14,156 bases of DNA from Pseudomonadota bacterium (GTDB lineage Bacteria > Bdellovibrionota > FAC87 > UBA2466). A program made the translations under genes and the position numbers. The number at the start of each line of letters is the position of its first letter. Position 1 is the first letter of the stretch. The notes below the pieces were generated by a model. The model did not search any database, was not told where the DNA came from, and saw only the letters and a program-made list of their open reading frames with translations. Positions 8,548 through 14,156 of this stretch are shown piece by piece. The stretch spans positions 1-14,156 of the forward strand of contig JAYUGC010000069.1 in assembly GCA_043767805.1 (NCBI GenBank). Reading direction: 5' to 3'.

Positions 8548-9370
8548 CCTTTGAGCTCAGGCAGAGATAGTCCGCCCTCGCTTTGCGTGAGATGTCTTCG
8601 AGTCGATTCGACAAATGAACTTGAAACTCGGCGAGCTGACGACGGGTCGTGGGCGAGTTGCCGTCCAGAAGCCAGTACTCGCCCGTTTCGGGATCGCGCA
8701 CTTCGAAGACCCCTTTGAGACCCATCCCTCGTTCCGCGTCGTCGAAGCAATGTACGAGGATCACCTCGTGGCGCCGCGAGAGATGGCGGAGCTCCTGCTC
8801 GAAATCGGGAACGAGGAAATCGCTTACGACGAAAATCAAAGAGCGGTTCTTCAGCACGCTTTCCGCATGGAGCAGCGCCGGGCGCAGATCGCTCTTTTCG
8901 TCGCGGAGCGGCTGGTTCAAAAGATGGGTCAGGGTGACCAGCACCTGTGAGCGGGACCGAGCGGGGGGAAGATAGAGCCCCGACTTATCGTTGAAAAACA
9001 TGGCGCCCACGTTGTCGCCCGATTTGACCCCGGCGAGGCCGATGAGGGCGCAGAGGTCTGCGTACATGTCTATCTTCCGCTTCTTGCCGAGGCCGAACAA
9101 AGACGAGCCGCTGACGTCGATGAGGAGCAGGATGTCGAGCTCGCGTTCCTCTTCGAAAACTTTGATCGTCGCCCGGCCCGTACGGGCGGTGACCGGCCAG
9201 CTCATGTGACGGATGTCGTCGCCCGCTTCGTAATGACGGAACTCTTTGAACTGCATACCACTGCCTCGAAAGGCGCTTCGGTAGTTGCCGTTAAGCAGCG
9301 CGGCCACGCGCCGACGGGCACGAAGCTCGAGCTGGGAAACGGCACGCAGCAGTTCCTCGCTAAATTGCAA
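8489..9370 (-). CDS. DUF58 domain protein (VWA-like MoxR partner)
   Basis: G.YRSAFRGSGMQF.EFR.Y..GDDIR...W.VTAR, K.FEEERE, DVSGS and SDF motifs. TTG start with AAAGGA RBS. Confidence 0.93.
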   Translation of the reverse strand: MQFSEELLRAVSQLELRARRRVAALLNGNYRSAFRGSGMQFKEFRHYEAGDDIRHMSWPVTARTGRATIKVFEEERELDILLLIDVSGSSLFGLGKKRKIDMYADLCALIGLAGVKSGDNVGAMFFNDKSGLYLPPARSRSQVLVTLTHLLNQPLRDEKSDLRPALLHAESVLKNRSLIFVVSDFLVPDFEQELRHLSRRHEVILVHCFDDAERGMGLKGVFEVRDPETGEYWLLDGNSPTTRRQLAEFQVHLSNRLEDISRKARADYLCLSSKDDYLQRLVQYFRGRGPARV

Positions 9371-9385
9371 AGACGGTTCCTTTGG

Positions 9386-10390
9386 TTAAGGGACTACGAC
9401 GCTCTCGAGCAAAACTTTGATGAGATCGTCGGTACTGAGGTTTCGCGCCTCGGCCTCGAAGTTGAGAATGAGGCGGTGGCGAAGGACTTCGGGGGCAATG
9501 GCCTTTACGTCGTCAGGGGTTACGTAATTTCTTTGTTCGAGCAGGGCGTGCGCTTTCGCGGCGCGGTTCAGCGCGATGGTCGCGCGCGGCGAGGCGCCTA
9601 TGAGGATGGAGCGGCGGAGCTCCTCGAGCTTGTCCGCCTTCACTTCGCCGGCCTGGATTTGCCCGTCTTTGCGCGTCGCCATGATGAGGCGCAGGATGTA
9701 CTCCTTGATGCGCTCGTCGGAATAAATCGCGTCGAGGCGCGAGCGGATATCCAAAATGCCGCGGGCGTCGAAAACTTTGCGGATCGTCGGAAGCGACGGA
9801 ACGCTCATGCGATCCAAAATCTGCCGCTCTTCCTGACGGGACGGATAGCCAACCTTGAGCTTGAAGAGAAAACGATCGAGCTGCGCTTCGGGCAGGTGGT
9901 ACGTGCCTTCCTGCTCGATGGGGTTTTGCGTCGCGAGCACGAGAAAGGGCTCGTCCAGCTGATAGGTCGTCTCGCCGATGGTGACCTGCTTTTCGGCCAT
10001 CGCTTCGAGGAGCGCGCTCTGCACTTTCGCGGGAGCGCGGTTGATTTCATCGGCCAAGACGATGTTGGCGAAAATCGGTCCCTTTTTTGGGACGAACTCT
10101 CCGGTCTCTTCGCGGTAAATCATCGTTCCGATGAGATCGCTCGGTAGCAAATCCGGCGTGAACTGTACGCGCTGGAATTTTGCGTCGAGCACCTGGGCCA
10201 AAGTTTTTACCGCGAGAGTTTTCGCGAGACCAGGAAGCCCTTCGAGCAGCACGTGGCCGCCCGTGACCAGGCCTATAAGTAAGGCCCGTGCCATATGCTC
10301 TTGGCCGACGATGACTTTGCTCATCTCGTCGAGCATGAGCCCGAGGTGCTTGGCGTCTTCTTGAAGCTTTTCGGAAGCGGCTTCGCTCAT
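9386..10390 (-). CDS. moxR: MoxR family AAA+ ATPase
   Basis: GHVLLEGLPGLAKT (Walker A), RVQFTPDLLPSD, LADEINRAPAKVQSALLEAM (Walker B), ATQNPIEQEGTY.LPEAQLDRF, GASPR. Confidence 0.97.
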   Translation of the reverse strand: MSEAASEKLQEDAKHLGLMLDEMSKVIVGQEHMARALLIGLVTGGHVLLEGLPGLAKTLAVKTLAQVLDAKFQRVQFTPDLLPSDLIGTMIYREETGEFVPKKGPIFANIVLADEINRAPAKVQSALLEAMAEKQVTIGETTYQLDEPFLVLATQNPIEQEGTYHLPEAQLDRFLFKLKVGYPSRQEERQILDRMSVPSLPTIRKVFDARGILDIRSRLDAIYSDERIKEYILRLIMATRKDGQIQAGEVKADKLEELRRSILIGASPRATIALNRAAKAHALLEQRNYVTPDDVKAIAPEVLRHRLILNFEAEARNLSTDDLIKVLLESVVVP

Positions 10391-10463
10391 GGAGAACCTT
10401 TTTTGGAATCGGGTAGTTGGAGAAAACGGTTTGAGGAAGAAAGAGGAACGGAGAGCTATTCTT

Positions 10464-10469
10464 ATTATA
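10464..10469 (-). promoter_or_regulatory. Candidate -10 element for the moxR operon
   Basis: Perfect TATAAT on the minus strand in the divergent intergenic region, about 75 nt upstream of the moxR ATG. No good -35. Confidence 0.45.
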
Positions 10470-10492
10470 CCGGAGATGAGGAAGGTGAGCGA

Positions 10493-10780
10493 ATGCCGAT
10501 TGTGACGTTTCTACCTTCGGGGCAACGAGTCGAGGTGCCCCTGGGAACCACGGTTTTTGAAGCGGCGCTGCAAGCGGGCTTACCCCTTGCGTCATCCTGT
10601 AGCGCCGAATTCATCTGCGGGAAATGCAATGTGCGGGTGGTGTCGGGTGACAGGTCGCTTTCCCTTCAGACGGATTCGGAGCAGGAATTGCTGCGTCGCG
10701 AAAATAAGCCTCCGACGGACCGCATTAGCTGTCAGACGATTATCCAGGGCGATTGCGCCATTACGACCAGCTACTGGTAA
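10493..10780 (+). CDS. 2Fe-2S ferredoxin (95 aa)
   Basis: Start reassigned to the ATG at 10493 (MPIVTFLP), preceded by GAGGAAGGTG. Cys ligands C-x5-C-x2-C-x34-C (CSAEFICGKC...RISCQ), ending TTSYW. Confidence 0.9.
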   Translation: MPIVTFLPSGQRVEVPLGTTVFEAALQAGLPLASSCSAEFICGKCNVRVVSGDRSLSLQTDSEQELLRRENKPPTDRISCQTIIQGDCAITTSYW

Positions 10781-10783
10781 GAG

Positions 10784-12391
10784 CTATAACGAGGCGCGTA
10801 GTAGTGTGGCGGACCGCTTCAGGCCCATAGCGAGTAAGAACGCACCGAGCTTCGGGCCTTGCGGCTTAGCGATGAGGGCGAAGTAAATCTCCGGGAAGAA
10901 CTGCTTCGCCGTCATGGAATGCTTCTTCATGATCTCGAAAAGCTTTCCAGAAAGATCCTCTTCCGAAACCCCGGCGACGGGAAGACTTTCTAGAAGCGCG
11001 ACCACATCGCCCATCACGGCCGGAACGGTGGTTTTCACAGGGGCGGCCCCGGGCGAGCGGACTTGGAAACGGAACTCTTCCGGCGCGTACTCCGTAATCC
11101 ACGTCCAAGCGCGAGTCGCGCGGGCGTGGAAACGGTTCTCGTCGTGATCGGTCTTGATTCTATCCGCATAGAAGGCGCGCGTCTCGGCGATATCGCCCTG
11201 ATGGATCTGCAAAATATTGCAAAGGTGGCGGAACGGAAACTGCGCGGGCGGCTGCATCTCGGCGAGCGGCGGATCCGCTTTGAGGCGCGAGAGCTCGTAA
11301 ATGCGCCGTTCGTAGGTGACCTTTTTTTCTTCGCCAGCTTCGGTGCCAAACGCGTAGCGCTCGGTGCGATCGTAATCGTCGTAAGTCTTGATGACGTCGA
11401 GATCGAAGGCTATGGCGAAATCGAGATTGGGCTTACGGCTCGAGAAAATCCAGCGGATGACCTCGGGCTCGTAAATGGCGAGCGCTTCGCCCAAAGTGAT
11501 GAGATTTCCCGACGAGGATGACAGCTTCGAGCCGTGTCCCTTCGCGATGACGAAATCGTACTGAACGTAGTAGGGCGCCTGTTTGCCCCAGACCTGCTTG
11601 ATGATTTCCTTGCCCGTGTCGAAAGAGCCTCCCGTCGAGGAATGATCTTTTCCGCCCGGCTCGAAATCCACGTTCTCGTGAGACCAGCGCATGGGCCAGT
11701 CCACGCGCCACAGAAGCTTCACACCCGGCTCTTTGGAGAAATCGACCGTGAAATCTTCCTTACAAATCTTGCAGCGGTAGCTGACGTCGTACGGTTCCTT
11801 GTAATTTATGTTCTCGCAGGCATCTTTTTCGCATTTTTTGCAAAAGACGCTGAGGCAAGTCCATCCGGCTTCGAGAGGCGAAGTGCGGGAAGCGTTCAAA
11901 ATCTCGATGATCGTTTTTTCGTGTTTCAGCGCGTGGCGCACACCTTCGGCGTACTTGCAGGCCCGGTACGCTTTGTTCTGATAAATGAACTCGGGCTGGA
12001 TACCGAGGGTACCGATTTCTTTTTCGAACTGGCGCTCGAAATGAGCCGCGTAGGAAGCGGCCCCGCCTTCGAAAGGATCCGGAATGGAGGACAAAGGCCG
12101 GCGCAAATGGGGCTGAAGCTTCTCGGGGTTGGGCAGATTGGCCGGAACTTTCCGAAAAGCGTCGTAATCGTCCCAGCTGTAGATGAAACGGACCTTTTTT
12201 CCCTTATCCCGCAGCGCCCGGACCACGAACTCCGTCGTCACGACTTCCCGGAAGTTTCCGATGTGGACCACGCCGCTGGGGGAAATCCCCGAGGCGCAGA
12301 CGAACTCGGTTTTCTCGGGGTGGCGGGCGATGAGATCGCTCGCCGCGTGATCGGCCCAATGACTCGACGAAGAGAGGGGTTCTTGGCTCAT
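10784..12391 (-). CDS. lysS: Lysine--tRNA ligase, class I (LysRS1)
   Basis: HWAD, ASGISPSGVVHIGNFRE (HIGH-like), WDDYD..RKVP, KL.WRVDWPMRW, FEPGGKDH, KLSSS.GN (KMSKS-like), two CxxC pairs, C-terminal GPKLG. GAAGGA RBS. Confidence 0.96.
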   Translation of the reverse strand: MSQEPLSSSSHWADHAASDLIARHPEKTEFVCASGISPSGVVHIGNFREVVTTEFVVRALRDKGKKVRFIYSWDDYDAFRKVPANLPNPEKLQPHLRRPLSSIPDPFEGGAASYAAHFERQFEKEIGTLGIQPEFIYQNKAYRACKYAEGVRHALKHEKTIIEILNASRTSPLEAGWTCLSVFCKKCEKDACENINYKEPYDVSYRCKICKEDFTVDFSKEPGVKLLWRVDWPMRWSHENVDFEPGGKDHSSTGGSFDTGKEIIKQVWGKQAPYYVQYDFVIAKGHGSKLSSSSGNLITLGEALAIYEPEVIRWIFSSRKPNLDFAIAFDLDVIKTYDDYDRTERYAFGTEAGEEKKVTYERRIYELSRLKADPPLAEMQPPAQFPFRHLCNILQIHQGDIAETRAFYADRIKTDHDENRFHARATRAWTWITEYAPEEFRFQVRSPGAAPVKTTVPAVMGDVVALLESLPVAGVSEEDLSGKLFEIMKKHSMTAKQFFPEIYFALIAKPQGPKLGAFLLAMGLKRSATLLRASL

Positions 12392-12457
12392 AGATCCTTC
12401 AAACTGGCGGACTGCATTCCTTGTAATTCGTTTTCAGATCAATAACAATGGGCCCGC

Positions 12458-12958
12458 ATGAAAAAGTGGGTCTGGCTTTTATTGTTCGGTTTGACCATGG
12501 CAGGTGGGTCCCTCTACGTGGTGAATCGAAACAAAGACAAGGAAGCCAAGCGTATTTCCGAACAGTTTAAGGACGAGGGCTCGGGCAACACCCAGGCGCC
12601 GCCGCCCCCCAGACTCGTGCAGCCGCAGGGCGCTCAGCAGCCTTCGCTTCCCGAAGCCCGCCGTGGCTCGGGGTCTTCGCCCCCGTCTTACCCGACGGAT
12701 CCCAATATGCCGCCGCCGCAGCCCGATCAGTTTGGTAATCCGAACCTGCCGCCGCCTCAAGCGTTCGATAATATGCCGCCGCCCAGTCAGGCGTACCCCG
12801 ATGCTCCGCCCGTTCCCTATATTCCGCCGGAGCCGGACGAGTTCGGAGAGCCGGGCGAGCCGCCCGATCCGTACGAAGGCATCGACCCGCAATACATTCC
12901 CAATTCTCCTTTGGACGGCGAAATCGTCCCCCCGCAACCGGACGGGGGATTCCAGTAA
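12458..12958 (+). CDS. Hypothetical proline-rich protein with N-terminal membrane anchor or signal
   Basis: MKK plus a hydrophobic helix, then a low-complexity Pro/Gln/Asp/Glu tail. It fills the gap between lysS and lolC/E, and its stop abuts the next start (TAAGTG). Confidence 0.7.
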   Translation: MKKWVWLLLFGLTMAGGSLYVVNRNKDKEAKRISEQFKDEGSGNTQAPPPPRLVQPQGAQQPSLPEARRGSGSSPPSYPTDPNMPPPQPDQFGNPNLPPPQAFDNMPPPSQAYPDAPPVPYIPPEPDEFGEPGEPPDPYEGIDPQYIPNSPLDGEIVPPQPDGGFQ

Positions 12959-14156
12959 GTGGCGGTGGAACGGTCCATCGGCTGGCGCTTTTTGCTGAGA
13001 GGGACTGAGCGCGGAAGATTCTCGCCGATGACGCTTTTCGCCTGGCTCGCCATCGCGGTGGGTGTGTGGGCGATGGTCTCGTTTCTTTCCATCATGTACG
13101 GCTTTGAAAGCTCCCTGAAAGATCGGGTGCTGAAAGCCTATCCCCACGTCATGGTGAAACGGCAGCGCGGGAGCGCGCCCATTGCCGCCTACGACGCCTG
13201 GACGAAAAAGTTCACGGAAATTCCCGGCGTGACTCGCGTCGTGCCTTACGCCGAAGCGGAAATGATCGTGCAATCCGATCGCCGGACTTTGGGCGGCATC
13301 ATCTGGGGCATGCCCATCGAGGATTTCGATCGCTTCAAGGCGGATGTGTCGCCAGGAAAGCTTCCAAACCCAGCGTCGAAAATCCCGCAGGTTTTGGTCG
13401 GCCGCGAGCTCGGTCATCGTTTGGCGCTCGAAGTAGGGGAGCAGCTCCGTATCGTCTCGCCCACGCAAAAAGGCGGCGCCATGGGGCTCGTGCCCCAGAG
13501 TCAGGTGTTTGAAGTCGCCGGTTTCTATGCTTCGGGGCACTACGAGTTCGATCAGCAGTACGTGTTCTTGATTTTGGAAGACGCGCAGGAGCTTCTGAAA
13601 TGGAAGCAAGCCATCACCGGCTGGCATATTTGGACGAGAGACACCGACAAAGCGGAAGGTTTGCAGAAAGACATCGCCTCGCTCATTCCGAAGAACTGGG
13701 AAGCGGAAAGCTGGACGCAATTCAACGAGGCGCTCTTTAGCTCATTGAAGCTCGAGCAATACGCGATGTCTGCCATCATGAGCTTCGCGGTTTTGATTGC
13801 CGTCATGAACATCGTCATCACTTTGATGATGCACGTGACTCACAAGCGAAAGAACATCGGTATTTTGCGCGCGCTTGGCGCTTCAAAGGCGCAGATTAAG
13901 CGCGTGTTCTTTTGGCAGGGCGCTTTTCTCGGGCTGGTGGGGCTAGCCATCGGCGCCGTGGCCACCGTCTTGTTTTTGCTCTACTTACGGTTTTTCTCGC
14001 CGTATTTGCTGCCTGAAATTTATTACGATCGCTCGGTGCCGGTGGAGTTGCGCCCCCTATCCATCGGTCTAATCTATGGCATCGCGGTGCTGCTCATCTT
14101 CCTCGCCACTCTAGTGCCGTCGAGCCGCGCCGCCGCCATCGACCCCATCGAGGCCA
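12959..14156 (+). CDS. Lipoprotein-releasing ABC transporter permease, LolC/LolE family (3'-truncated by the window edge)
   Basis: Hand translation from the GTG at 12959: (M)AVERSIGWRFLLRG...LAIAVGVWAMVSFLSIMYGFE.SLKDRVL...PHV, VGRELG..L.L.VG..L..VSP, W...NEALFSSLKLE, IGILRALGA, IYY...VPV, PSSRAAAIDPIEA. Not in the ORF track because there is no stop within the window. Confidence 0.92.
   Translation, partial: MAVERSIGWRFLLRGTERGRFSPMTLFAWLAIAVGVWAMVSFLSIMYGFESSLKDRVLKAYPHVMVKRQRGSAPIAAYDAWTKKFTEIPGVTRVVPYAEAEMIVQSDRRTLGGIIWGMPIEDFDRFKADVSPGKLPNPASKIPQVLVGRELGHRLALEVGEQLRIVSPTQKGGAMGLVPQSQVFEVAGFYASGHYEFDQQYVFLILEDAQELLKWKQAITGWHIWTRDTDKAEGLQKDIASLIPKNWEAESWTQFNEALFSSLKLEQYAMSAIMSFAVLIAVMNIVITLMMHVTHKRKNIGILRALGASKAQIKRVFFWQGAFLGLVGLAIGAVATVLFLLYLRFFSPYLLPEIYYDRSVPVELRPLSIGLIYGIAVLLIFLATLVPSSRAAAIDPIEA

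Noticed and set aside
9206..10147. 313-aa plus-strand ORF
   Set aside because: Antisense shadow of moxR, common in GC-rich genes, with no independent motifs.
10295..10492. 66-aa N-terminal extension of the ferredoxin ORF
   Set aside because: It overlaps moxR antisense and the promoter region. A better RBS and the domain start are at 10493.
11534..12445. 303-aa plus-strand ORF
   Set aside because: Antisense shadow of lysS.
12479..13720. 413-aa minus-strand ORF
   Set aside because: Antisense shadow of the proline-rich gene and lolC/E, whose plus-strand translation has clear family motifs.
1..14156. tRNA, rRNA, CRISPR array or intact IS element
   Set aside because: Intergenic gaps are short. 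I saw no cloverleaf, regularly spaced direct repeats or transposase motifs.

Overview
Bacterial chromosomal window, roughly 60% GC by eye. The gene content and the ferredoxin/HNH-remnant types suggest a Bdellovibrionota or deltaproteobacterial lineage (inference). Most of it is housekeeping. On the minus strand are a tightly overlapping MoxR-DUF58-Bat (VWA/TPR/BatD) operon (3587-10390) and a second unit with its own sigma70-like promoter: rpoZ, a DUF4340-repeat protein, a FabL-like enoyl-ACP reductase and an atypical SAM-dependent methyltransferase (277-3456). A 2Fe-2S ferredoxin is divergent from moxR and convergent with a class I lysyl-tRNA synthetase. Divergent from lysS are a proline-rich membrane-anchored protein and a LolC/E permease that runs off the window and is absent from the ORF track. 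The least explained part is 1-276. It holds a start-less, apparently internally deleted remnant resembling the N-terminus of the DUF222-like/HNH mobile endonuclease family, followed by a perfect 10-bp palindrome. I see no RNA genes, CRISPR arrays or intact mobile elements, and no convincing complete novel system.
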